From Spirochaetota bacterium (GTDB taxonomy: Bacteria > Spirochaetota > UBA4802 > UBA5368), in NCBI GenBank assembly GCA_025457965.1, contig JALOTJ010000013.1:5785-69784 (forward strand): a stretch of DNA of 64,000 nucleotides. Direction: 5' to 3'. Below the pieces are notes generated by a model. The model saw only the letters and a program-made list of their open reading frames with translations, ran no database searches and had not been told where the DNA came from. A program made the translations under genes and the position numbers. This document shows positions 25,565 to 34,464 of the stretch, one piece after another; the first letter of the stretch is position 1, and each line of letters starts with the position of its first letter.

Positions 25565-27916
25565 ATGGAAATCAGCGATGTAATACGGCAGGATGGCGAC
25601 AGGCTTTTTATACTCGACCACGACTGCTACGTAATCTTCACCGGCGACACCGTCGACGACGAGAAGCCGTTCATCCGCATCGGCAACTGGATCAACCTGC
25701 CGGTGGAAATCATTCCGCTCATCGAGAACATCATCGTCACCGACCATCTGATCGGCAATCCCTCGTACGAACAGTTCAACATCGACGTCAACTACCTTCC
25801 CACCAACCGCTACATCGGAAGCCGGCCGGTGGTAAAACGCTATCTCGATTTCCAGAAGACCTTCGGCCTCGACCTTACGAACGTCTCGGTCGTCGAAATC
25901 GAAAAGGACATACCCCAGATATCGAAAGAAAAGATCATTTCCGACAGGGACTCCTTCATTGGCGTTTTTTACACCAACGGCGATTTCCAGGTAACGCACA
26001 ATCGCCGCGCCATTTTCAACCTGAAGGCCCCGGAGGGACGGTACTTCGACGACCTTCGCATCCTCGATACCATCTCCGAAATCGGACGCGAATCGACGCG
26101 GTATACGGGATGCGGATTCGTGGTTTTGCAGAACAATCCCCTTTTCTATAAAAGCCGTTATTTCACCTCGTACCACTTTCCGCGCGCCTGCTATGAGGAT
26201 TTCGCCAGGCTCGAAATCGATCCCGCGCAGATACGGGAGCTCATACTGCCGTCGTCCAATCTCATCAACATCACCCGCCTGGCCCGATGGAAGCACCAGA
26301 CGCACAGCAAACTGAAAATATTCTCCGACCACCGCGACGACATCGACCTCCTCCAGAAGCTCTTTACCGGCGCCACCATCACCCGGAAGGACTTCGACGG
26401 CTTTACGTTCGAGACCGGCGACGGCTTAAGCGCCCGAAACTACCCGGGAACCTACAACGTGCGCATGCTGTATAAAAAAGCGAAGCCCGCCCTCGAAGAC
26501 CTCGCGCTCGCCTACATCAAGGGTTTCGCCGGGGTGCAGTCCATCCTCGGTGAGGACCTCGACGCGATTATGATAAGCTATCCGGTCTACGAGGAAGCGA
26601 ACCTCCTGTTTAAATCGACCGATACGCCGCTCATTCTCATTCCCGAACAGGGACGGCCGGTGCCGAAACCGAGTCCGGGCGGACCGGCGATCGCCATCCC
26701 GGGCATACAGTACGAGCTGTTCAAATACAGCGACACGGCCGAGCTCATCGCCGAAATCACCAGGCATATCTCGGCGAAAGCTATCGTCGAAAGCCTCGCC
26801 TCGGGCGATGTAGGATCGATCACGGGTCTCCTGTCCGCGGGCCGGGAAGCTGGCGCAGGATCGCGTTTCGATTCGACCCGGGATGCCGTGAATACCCTCG
26901 CTTTGCTGAAAATTTACCGGAACACCACCACCGACCGCAAATTCTCCTCCGCGCTCCAGAAGCTCATGGATTCGCTCAGAAGCCTGGCCGATCCCGCCGG
27001 CGTCGTATCGGATGATTCCCCCCGCTTCAGGATAAGCATGGCGCTGTGCGATGGCTCGCTGTACGAGTACATGGAGGAGCTGCCGGGAGGTCCCGGCGCC
27101 TTCATCGTGCTCGACGAGGTGCCCGAGGAGTCACCCGCGGACCTCGACCGGATCGCCGATCCCGCTCTCAGGCGCCATTACGAAACCATCATCGCCGACC
27201 GCCGGCGGCTTCGCGATCTGCTCAGTCTCTTCGCCGGAAATATGAAGGACGATTCGCGCATCCGCGAACTTCGCGCCGCCATAGCCCTTAAAAAAGAACA
27301 ATACGAATTCGAGTCCCTCGGGCAGCGAAACGACGCCGAGCGCGCCGACGCCGAGCGCGAACGCAGAAAGATCATGCTGAAAAAAGCGCTTGTTCCACTG
27401 GCGGTCCTGGCGCTCGCGGGCCTCGCCGCGCTCGCCTACCGTTTCGGCGCGCCCGTCTATCACGAACGGCAGCGTGCCGCGATCGAGGAGCGGCGCGCGC
27501 TCAAGGACGCGGAGCAAAAGCGTCTGCGCGAGGAGCTCATCAAAAAATACGAAATCAGCGTCAGCGACCACGACATCTTCGTATACGTCAACCAGGTCGC
27601 GCTTAAAAACGGATATGCGCCGATACCGTACGCGTCGATGAAGAACAGGAATCCCAACTGGATATATCCCGGAAACGTCTTCGTGATGCTCGACGGCGAG
27701 CGCATGGTGGTAAAAGAGGGCGACACGCTGTGGAAAATGTCGTACACGCGGCTGCAGGACAGGGGGATCGCCTTCCACCGGACGCTCGAGGAAATCGAGA
27801 AGAGCGCCGGACGCGGGCTCGATATCGCGCCGCTGGTCGAGAAGGCGCGCTCCCTCGCCGTCAACGGCGGCCATGCGCATAAGCTCGAGGCGCTCCTGTC
27901 GAAGCTCGGGAAATAG
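25565..27916 (+). CDS. Large unassigned protein (783 aa): ~600-aa cytoplasmic region, coiled/charged linker, one TM, C-terminal LysM-like segment
   Basis: I found no P-loop, HxH or other recognisable catalytic motif. The TM is ALVPLAVLALAGLAALAY. The C-terminal segment is IYPGNVFVMLDGERMVVKEGDTLWKMSY. It starts 25 nt after the antiporter stop. Confidence 0.7.
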   Translation: MEISDVIRQDGDRLFILDHDCYVIFTGDTVDDEKPFIRIGNWINLPVEIIPLIENIIVTDHLIGNPSYEQFNIDVNYLPTNRYIGSRPVVKRYLDFQKTFGLDLTNVSVVEIEKDIPQISKEKIISDRDSFIGVFYTNGDFQVTHNRRAIFNLKAPEGRYFDDLRILDTISEIGRESTRYTGCGFVVLQNNPLFYKSRYFTSYHFPRACYEDFARLEIDPAQIRELILPSSNLINITRLARWKHQTHSKLKIFSDHRDDIDLLQKLFTGATITRKDFDGFTFETGDGLSARNYPGTYNVRMLYKKAKPALEDLALAYIKGFAGVQSILGEDLDAIMISYPVYEEANLLFKSTDTPLILIPEQGRPVPKPSPGGPAIAIPGIQYELFKYSDTAELIAEITRHISAKAIVESLASGDVGSITGLLSAGREAGAGSRFDSTRDAVNTLALLKIYRNTTTDRKFSSALQKLMDSLRSLADPAGVVSDDSPRFRISMALCDGSLYEYMEELPGGPGAFIVLDEVPEESPADLDRIADPALRRHYETIIADRRRLRDLLSLFAGNMKDDSRIRELRAAIALKKEQYEFESLGQRNDAERADAERERRKIMLKKALVPLAVLALAGLAALAYRFGAPVYHERQRAAIEERRALKDAEQKRLREELIKKYEISVSDHDIFVYVNQVALKNGYAPIPYASMKNRNPNWIYPGNVFVMLDGERMVVKEGDTLWKMSYTRLQDRGIAFHRTLEEIEKSAGRGLDIAPLVEKARSLAVNGGHAHKLEALLSKLGK

Positions 27917-27924
27917 CCCCGACA

Positions 27925-28509
27925 ATGGACCCCTCGGACAAACTACGATACTATGTCGAACCGGTCGAGATCGAGATATATCTCAAGAAATCCGGCAAGG
28001 TGCGGACCATCATAAAGGATATGTACGTGGAGCTTGTCGAGGTGGAGCCGCATAACGAGCACAGCCGTAAAATTTTCGGCCACTTCCGCGAGATCGACAG
28101 TCCGATCGACCTCATCGAGATCATGAACATATTCCCCGAGTACCTCAAGCCCATTTACGACTCCTACTACCAGCACATGGACCTCTTCGAGAAGCTCAGC
28201 ATGCACCTCCAGTCCGCTGCGGGAGGCAGCATCGATTCCCTGCGCCTTTCACTCTATTTTATCGAACTGTTGATCAAATACGAACCTACCGTCGCTTCGA
28301 TCGATTACATCGGTGATTTCCAGACGCACAATCTCAACTTCCTTATTAAAAAGCTCAACGGCCTCGGCGAAACCTTCCTGATCGAGGATTCGACCGTGGC
28401 CTATCTCATCAAGCGGCGCAACAAGGCCTACGAGGGAAAACCGCGCGACCGCGAGTTCGAAAAGCTCGTCGAGCTGTGGCAATACAACATTAAGGAAAAG
28501 CTCCTGTAG
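27925..28509 (+). CDS. Unassigned soluble protein (194 aa)
   Basis: A clean ORF that starts 8 nt after the previous stop. Sampled lines are about 48% GC. I recognise no motif. Confidence 0.65.
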   Translation: MDPSDKLRYYVEPVEIEIYLKKSGKVRTIIKDMYVELVEVEPHNEHSRKIFGHFREIDSPIDLIEIMNIFPEYLKPIYDSYYQHMDLFEKLSMHLQSAAGGSIDSLRLSLYFIELLIKYEPTVASIDYIGDFQTHNLNFLIKKLNGLGETFLIEDSTVAYLIKRRNKAYEGKPRDREFEKLVELWQYNIKEKLL

Positions 28510-28520
28510 GGGGTGCAATC

Positions 28521-29324
28521 ATGGGAGGGATCTCACGGTATAAAAAACAGCTCAGGCTGATATACCACCCCGCCTACCTTACGCCGTACAGCACCGCGGA
28601 CTGCGAATCACCCGAACGCGTCCGCGCCATCATGTCACGCCTCTCCTCGAAACTCAACGTCGTGCAACCGGAGCCCTGCATCGAGGAGGACATCCTGCGC
28701 TGTCATACGCACTCGCTCCTCTCGCAGGAGCAAGGCAGCCCCGACCGTTATGAGGCGGCCCGTCTGGCCGCGGGCGGCGCGATCAGGGCGGCGCGCGAGA
28801 CGCTGGAGGGATTCGTCGGCTTTGGTGTCCTGCGGCCGCCCGGCCACCACGCCAGTCCCGATCACAACTGGGGCTTCTGTTTCTTCAACAATATGGGGAT
28901 CGCGATCAAAAAGCTCCTGCACGACAAACTGATCGAATCCGCGGTGATCCTCGACATCGACCTGCATTACGGCGACGGCACCGAGGCGATTTTCAGGGCA
29001 TACCGCAACGTCCGTGTGCTGAACATCCAGTCTTCACAGCCGGGCGATTTTCTGCGCGAAACCCGAAGCGCGCTCGGCGCGGTCGCCTCCGCCGACATCA
29101 TCGGCATTTCCGCCGGCTTCGACCAGTACGAACACGACTGGGGAGGGAACCTTTCCACCGAAGATTACCGTACGATCGGACACATCGCCGGCGCCTTCGC
29201 GCGCGAGAGGGCGGGTGGAAAGATCTTCGGCATACTCGAAGGCGGTTACTACCTCCCGGATCTGGGGAAAAACCTTGAGGCACTGCTGGGAGGAATCTGC
29301 GAGGGAAAATCCGGCGTTGCCTAG
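28521..29324 (+). CDS. Histone-deacetylase-superfamily (arginase-fold, Zn-dependent) deacetylase, short form
   Basis: 267 aa with motifs RPPGHHASPDHNWGFCFFNN and ILDIDLHYGDGTEAIF (Asp/His Zn ligands). Confidence 0.85.
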   Translation: MGGISRYKKQLRLIYHPAYLTPYSTADCESPERVRAIMSRLSSKLNVVQPEPCIEEDILRCHTHSLLSQEQGSPDRYEAARLAAGGAIRAARETLEGFVGFGVLRPPGHHASPDHNWGFCFFNNMGIAIKKLLHDKLIESAVILDIDLHYGDGTEAIFRAYRNVRVLNIQSSQPGDFLRETRSALGAVASADIIGISAGFDQYEHDWGGNLSTEDYRTIGHIAGAFARERAGGKIFGILEGGYYLPDLGKNLEALLGGICEGKSGVA

Positions 29325-30199
29325 AGATCGAAGCTCGCGCGCTCGCGGGCGGCGTCGATCTCCATTGTAAATCCCTTTTCGGCCATCTTGCCGCGGTAAT
29401 GCTCCACCAGCCGGTCCATCTCCGCATCGGTGCGCAGCGGCTCGTGATGAAAGAAAAAGAGGTGCTTGACTCCCGCCTTGAGCGCCAGGTTGACGACGTG
29501 GTGCGTGTGGCTGTGTCCCCATCCCTTGTGACTGCCGTACTCGGCCGGAACGTACTGCGAATCGGCCACCAGCGTGTCGGCGCCGCGTACGAACTCCACC
29601 AGACGCTCGTTCATCTGGTGCGCGACGGCCTCCGTATCGGGATCGCCGTCGTTGAAGACGTTATAATAGGGCTCGTTGTCGCCGAGATATATGAAGACCT
29701 TTTCCCCGTAGGTTACCCGGTAGCCCAGGCAGGTCACCGGGTGATTGAGGAGCTGTGTCCGCACGGTGAAGTTGCCGACCCGGAATTCCTCCTCCTTAAG
29801 CTCGCGAAACCTGATGTCCGCCGAGAGCTCCGCGGTCCTGACCGGAAAGTATGAATACTTCATCTGCCCGGCGATAACGTCCTCCATTGTAAGCTCGAAG
29901 GTGGAAGGGCCGTAGACGTTCACTTTGTTGCCGGGAATGTAGATGGGCGTAAAAAAGGGAAAGCCGTTGATGTGGTCCCAGTGCGGGTGCGAGATCATAA
30001 TATTGATCTCGTGTTTTTTAGACAGGTCGAGCGAATCCCCCAGGGCGCGAAGGCCCGTGCCCGCGTCGAAGATGATCCAGTCGCCCGCGTCGGAGCGTAT
30101 CTCGAGGCACGAGGTGTTGCCGCCGTACTTTACGGTCGAGGGCCCCGGGACCGGTATGGAGCCCCGCACCCCCCAGAATGTCACCTGCCACGCTTTCAT
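29321..30199 (-). CDS. MBL-fold metallo-hydrolase
   Basis: 292 aa with motifs ISHPHWDHINGFPFF (HxHxDH) and a later GWGHSHT. Its stop shares the tetranucleotide CTAG (29321-29324) with the convergent HDAC-like gene. Confidence 0.85.
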   Translation of the reverse strand: MKAWQVTFWGVRGSIPVPGPSTVKYGGNTSCLEIRSDAGDWIIFDAGTGLRALGDSLDLSKKHEINIMISHPHWDHINGFPFFTPIYIPGNKVNVYGPSTFELTMEDVIAGQMKYSYFPVRTAELSADIRFRELKEEEFRVGNFTVRTQLLNHPVTCLGYRVTYGEKVFIYLGDNEPYYNVFNDGDPDTEAVAHQMNERLVEFVRGADTLVADSQYVPAEYGSHKGWGHSHTHHVVNLALKAGVKHLFFFHHEPLRTDAEMDRLVEHYRGKMAEKGFTMEIDAARERASFDL

Positions 30200-30202
30200 G
30201 GT

Positions 30203-31051
30203 TTACTTGAGAAAGAGCACCGCTTTCTCGATTTCGTTGTTGATCGTCGACAGAGCCGCGAAGACCGCCTCCTCGTTCAGATTCAGGGCCGCCCACACCT
30301 CCTCGGGGACCGGTTCGATCCGGTAGTTCCCGCTGAAGCCGATTTCAAGGGATTTAACGAAGGTGTCCGACACGCACACGGTCATCGAAAACACCGCTGA
30401 AGCTCCCTCCACAACGGGCTGATGGTGTCGGCCCACGGCGTAGAGAAGGCTGCTCGCGAAGCGCCATTTTTTGCCGATAGCGATCCCGATCTCCTCGTGC
30501 GTGAGACCGAAAATACGGCGCTCGATGTCGGTTATGGGCTCCAGTCGTTTGGCGGCCTCTTCGAGCACCCGGTTCATCTCATCCGGGAAGAAGTTGTTGA
30601 TGAGCACCTTGCCGATGTCGTGAATGAGGCCGGCGATAAAGTATTCCTCCAGAAGCTTCTGGTCGACATTCATTTTGCGCGCGATGAGCTTCGTCGCCAC
30701 GCCCACGCCCAGCGAGTGCTTCCAGAAATCCTGTCCGTTTAGGGACGTGTTTGCCTTGAGGTTCACCTTGCCGAGAAAGGCGGAGGAAAGCGCGACATTC
30801 TTGATGGTATTGAGCCCCAGCATGACCACCGCCTGTTTGAGCGATTTAATCTCCTGGGGCAGTCCGAAATAAGCGGAGTTAACCATCCGTATGACTTTCG
30901 CGGTGAGCACGGGATCGAGCTGGATGACGTCGGTGAGGTCCTGCGCCGAGGATTTGACGTTGTTCGCCACCTCGGTGATCTTGTGAATGACCGGCGAAAG
31001 CGTCGGCATCTGATCGATCGATTCCTTTACCCTGTCTATAACGCTTTTCAT
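30203..31051 (-). CDS. HDOD-domain signalling protein
   Basis: Start taken at ATG 31051 (MKSVIDRV). The HDOD core is LPTLSPVIHKITEVANN...DPVLTAKVIRMVNSAYFGLPQEIKSLKQAVVMLG, followed by HDIGK. Confidence 0.85.
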   Translation of the reverse strand: MKSVIDRVKESIDQMPTLSPVIHKITEVANNVKSSAQDLTDVIQLDPVLTAKVIRMVNSAYFGLPQEIKSLKQAVVMLGLNTIKNVALSSAFLGKVNLKANTSLNGQDFWKHSLGVGVATKLIARKMNVDQKLLEEYFIAGLIHDIGKVLINNFFPDEMNRVLEEAAKRLEPITDIERRIFGLTHEEIGIAIGKKWRFASSLLYAVGRHHQPVVEGASAVFSMTVCVSDTFVKSLEIGFSGNYRIEPVPEEVWAALNLNEEAVFAALSTINNEIEKAVLFLK

Positions 31052-31053
31052 GA

Positions 31054-31152
31054 TCAATAAAAATACCAGTAAACGATGTCAACGGCAAGCACCGTCCAGA
31101 AGAATACGGTGAATGCGACGAGTACGATCCAGGCGAATCTTTTAACGGTCAT
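31054..31152 (-). CDS. Candidate 32-aa aromatic-rich single-TM micro-protein
   Basis: Sequence MTVKRFAWIVLVAFTVFFWTVLAVDIVYWYFY, below the ORF-track cutoff. A weak RBS (ggcaggac) precedes it. Its stop lies 2 nt before the HDOD ATG, and it starts 30 nt after the PDZ gene stop. Confidence 0.4.
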   Translation of the reverse strand: MTVKRFAWIVLVAFTVFFWTVLAVDIVYWYFY

Positions 31153-31182
31153 GAGTTGTCCTGCCGGCGGGAATTCGCGACA

Positions 31183-31563
31183 TCACTCTTTAAGGACGAC
31201 CTTGCCGCGCAAAACCCTGAAAATCATAATCTCGCCTCCGCGCTCCAGCTCGAGCGTAACCACGGAGCCCGGTTTCCCGCGCAGCAGGTTTTTTACTATA
31301 TAGTCGTGCTGTATCCCTTTTAAAGGATGTCCGTCAACGCTCAGGATGATATCACCCGCCTGCAGTCCCGCCATATCGCCCGTACCGCCCTTATAGACCG
31401 AAACGATCACGTAGGGACTATCCTTGCCGACCTTGCCCTCGCCCGACGGCACCTCGATACCAAGACCGCCGAATTCCTCATTTGAGCATCCCGCTATGAC
31501 TACAACGCACAGCGATACAACCGCCGCAATCACGCAGCTTTTCACCACGCGCCTTCTCATCAT
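31183..31563 (-). CDS. PDZ-domain lipoprotein
   Basis: 126 aa with lipobox VVIAGC. The PDZ core is GLGIEV...VSVYKGGTGDMAGLQAGDIILSVDGHPLKG. Confidence 0.8.
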   Translation of the reverse strand: MMRRRVVKSCVIAAVVSLCVVVIAGCSNEEFGGLGIEVPSGEGKVGKDSPYVIVSVYKGGTGDMAGLQAGDIILSVDGHPLKGIQHDYIVKNLLRGKPGSVVTLELERGGEIMIFRVLRGKVVLKE

Positions 31564-31678
31564 GTGCTTACCCCCGGACAGTGTACTCGCGGAAACGACG
31601 CCGAGCGCCCCGATATTACAGGAGGGATTGTTACATCATCACCAATAAATGCAACAATTATTTGATAACCGTATAAAA

Positions 31679-31930
31679 CTAACGCCCGCCCTTGATCTGC
31701 CTTATCATATCGACCAGCATGGCGGCGTGCTCGGACAGGATCTCCACGGCAACAGCGGGACTGTCAATCTCCTCCAGGGCCAGATAGAGGGCGGCGATGG
31801 CCTTTCTGAGGTTGCGGTCCGCTTCGCCGATCTTGCCGGCGGCATCGCGCGAGCGGGCGTCACCGCCGCCCTGCATCTCGTCGAGCACCCGATGATGAAC
31901 CCTGTGCAAAAGGTCTTTTGGATCTTCCAT
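31679..31930 (-). CDS. Small helical hypothetical protein (83 aa)
   Basis: A clean ORF in operon orientation. I recognise no motif, and no Cys pattern of the CsoR type. Confidence 0.5.
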   Translation of the reverse strand: MEDPKDLLHRVHHRVLDEMQGGGDARSRDAAGKIGEADRNLRKAIAALYLALEEIDSPAVAVEILSEHAAMLVDMIRQIKGGR

Positions 31931-31990
31931 TCGTATGTTGTCCGCGGGCGCGAGAAGGGCCTGTGCGCTTATTCACACCGACAGGGCCGC

Positions 31991-33160
31991 TCACTTCTTC
32001 GCTTCGGCGGGCTCCTCCTTGGCATGTTCCGCCGTCTCATTTCCCGGCTTCTTTTCGCCGGCGGGTTTTTCCTTTTCCACTGAATCCTCCACCTTCACCG
32101 TTCCGGAAAAGCTGGAAAGCGCCGACTCCCTCGAGAAGCGTACGTAATTATCGGTGTGATGCAGAAGGAATTTTTTATATTCGATGCCGCCGCCCGGCTC
32201 GCCGCTTTCCGCGGCGAGCATTTCGATGGTTGCCTTGATCATCTTGTAATTGAAGTCTTCCACGTACTCACGGATGGTGTCCTCGGCCTTTTCAAACTCC
32301 TCCGTCAGGAGAAGATGCGCGACCGTCTTCTCCGCCCTGAAGCGCACCCGTCGCTCGGTCTTCTTTTCAAAGCTGCCATACTCCCTGTCGGATTTCGTTT
32401 CGGGGGTGCCCTCCGCGGGCTTTTCCGCAGCGGTCCCTTCGGGGGTGTAATCGTAGTATTCCCTGTTAAGCTCGTTCAGAAACAAGTCACCGTTCTTTGC
32501 CAGAAACCTGTTATAGAATGGGCTGCCCGATTCCCGCTCCATCTCGAACAGGTGGTTGAATATCTTCCTTTTCATTTCGCCCGTACGGCTTTCGTAGAGG
32601 GCCAGGAACGCATAACGTTTTGCCCTTCGGGCCATCTTTACTGATTCGATATATTTATAAATCTTATACGAATGGAGCTTCGGATTCGAGGCGGTGCCTA
32701 TTGTGTAATGGTTGAAGCCCACCGCCCTGTCGCGATAGCCGAGAGTCAGGTACAGCTTGGCCCTGGAGTTTTTCGATCTGATGATCTCCGGCGCGATGCT
32801 GTCGAGAATGTCCTTGGAGCCTTCGAGATACGAGTCCCGCACCATCTCGGCGAAGAGCCCCACATGCCTTCCCTGCGACTCGTAGAGCCTCTTGAACGCG
32901 CCCTTGTAATCGGACTGAAGAAAGGCCACCTCGGCGTTGAAATGATTGCGATATACCTCCTTGAACAGGTCTTTCCGCTCTTCGCCGAAATTCGTTATGC
33001 TCACGTCCATGAAGTCGATGAACGACTTGTTTTCATTCAGTATACGCTCGGTGGTTGTCTGATCGGAATAGGCCAGCGCCCCAACCGCCGGCATGAGTGA
33101 TAAAACCCATACCACGATGGGGATCAGCAGACTGCAGCCGGTATTTTTTTTATTCAGCAT
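31991..33160 (-). CDS. Exported hypothetical protein (389 aa) with acidic/lysine-rich C-terminal tail
   Basis: N-terminal signal/anchor LLIPIVVWVLSLMPAVGALAYS, with no recognisable domain. GC is lower than in the flanks. Confidence 0.65.
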   Translation of the reverse strand: MLNKKNTGCSLLIPIVVWVLSLMPAVGALAYSDQTTTERILNENKSFIDFMDVSITNFGEERKDLFKEVYRNHFNAEVAFLQSDYKGAFKRLYESQGRHVGLFAEMVRDSYLEGSKDILDSIAPEIIRSKNSRAKLYLTLGYRDRAVGFNHYTIGTASNPKLHSYKIYKYIESVKMARRAKRYAFLALYESRTGEMKRKIFNHLFEMERESGSPFYNRFLAKNGDLFLNELNREYYDYTPEGTAAEKPAEGTPETKSDREYGSFEKKTERRVRFRAEKTVAHLLLTEEFEKAEDTIREYVEDFNYKMIKATIEMLAAESGEPGGGIEYKKFLLHHTDNYVRFSRESALSSFSGTVKVEDSVEKEKPAGEKKPGNETAEHAKEEPAEAKK

Positions 33161-33286
33161 TTTCGCCGCACCTTGATCGATGGAGTTGTCGTCAATGCCG
33201 GAAGCATCGGTTATTCATCGGCCCCGCGGCGGAGAAAAACCCTTGCTTACTGCGGCAGTGCGACAAATCAAATCACTGCCCGCCCG

Positions 33287-33748
33287 TCACTTCTCGGCAA
33301 ACTCGATTTCATTCGCCGCCACGACCTTGCCGTCCAGAGACGCCTTTACCCGATACTTTCCCGGCCGCCTGAAATAATCGGAGGGAATATACGCGGCCAG
33401 GGACTGGAAATCCTTGTCTATTTCATAGCTTATCTGCTTATACCGCCGGAAATCGTTATTCTCGAAATATTCAATCTCGATCGCGAACATATTGGAATCG
33501 AGGTCTTCGAATTTACGGTTTATAAAAAAATAGACCTTGTCCCTGCCCGTGTACCGGGTTACCTGCACCTCCTCCCCGGATGTTATCTCGCTGCTTGAAA
33601 GGATGAAATTCGCCTTCCCGTACTGTGAGGTAAAATAAATGAGATAGAAGACGACCGCGAATATCAGCGCCACCAGCGCCACTTTAGCGGCAAGCTTAAT
33701 CGTGCCCGCTTTCCTGTTGTTGTCCATATTTGAAACCTGGTCTTCCAT
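33287..33748 (-). CDS. N-terminally membrane-anchored hypothetical protein (153 aa)
   Basis: I trimmed the start to MEDQVSNMDNNRK (cat at 33746-33748). The TM is LAAKVALVALIFAVVFYLIYF and the ectodomain looks beta-rich. Confidence 0.6.
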   Translation of the reverse strand: MEDQVSNMDNNRKAGTIKLAAKVALVALIFAVVFYLIYFTSQYGKANFILSSSEITSGEEVQVTRYTGRDKVYFFINRKFEDLDSNMFAIEIEYFENNDFRRYKQISYEIDKDFQSLAAYIPSDYFRRPGKYRVKASLDGKVVAANEIEFAEK

Positions 33749-34277
33749 AAATTCCCCCCACCCTCGGCGGCCGGCAGTACCGATCCTATTCACTGTTATT
33801 TTCGGCCGGAATCCGCCCGCGGAACAGTCCATTTTTCCGCTTCTCCACGATCATGAAACGGCAGAGCGAAAAAGTCAACAGGCTTGCCGGATAAATTGAG
33901 AATATGGCCCGTTTCTCCACCTGAGTCCAGCCAGGGAAGCCAGGCAGGTAGAGCTTCCCACGCGGGTCCATGAAATCGTAGTGCGTGTCGATGTCCAGAA
34001 AAACCCGTCTGATCATGATCGTGCACACCAGTATGAATCGATTTTCGACCGGCATCCGAAGGGAATTACGCCCGGAAGGCCTATCCCGTCATGCGCCAGT
34101 CTTATGATGGCCATACACCTCTAATAATTCCACATTTCTATGTTATTCCAACGAGAATTTGCCCTGACTTTTCTCGGTTACGACACGATCATTTCCATGT
34201 TTTCCGGGGCCGTAAGCGTGTTTTATACGCGGTAATCCCGCTTCGCATTGCCGGTTTAAAAATAAAATAATTTTATA

Positions 34278-34306
34278 TTGACAGAGTCGCAATTAATGCA
34301 TAGACT
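34278..34306 (+). promoter_or_regulatory. Strong sigma70-type promoter (TTGACA-N17-TAGACT) with an A/T-rich UP-like tract
   Basis: ttgaca is at 34278-34283 and tagact at 34301-34306, preceded by aaaaataaaataattttata. This predicts a 5' leader of about 150 nt before ATG 34465. Confidence 0.55.
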
Positions 34307-34464
34307 GCGGCGCGGTTAGAGTTTCCGGAAATCCACTACTACAAAAAGGATTGCACGTTCGTGCGGTGGCCCCAAACGCCTCCCGGAGAATAACGACACC
34401 CGAGGGACCCGGAAAAGCGGTATCGCCGGTTTCTGGTTCACTTTAAAGCGTGTGGAATAGGGAA

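Noticed and set aside
31076-31303. A 75-aa plus-strand ORF between the HDOD and PDZ genes.
   Set aside because: It is antisense to the PDZ gene 3' end and to the 32-aa micro-ORF, and its composition is Ser/Thr/Pro-rich. The minus-strand reading is better supported by operon context.
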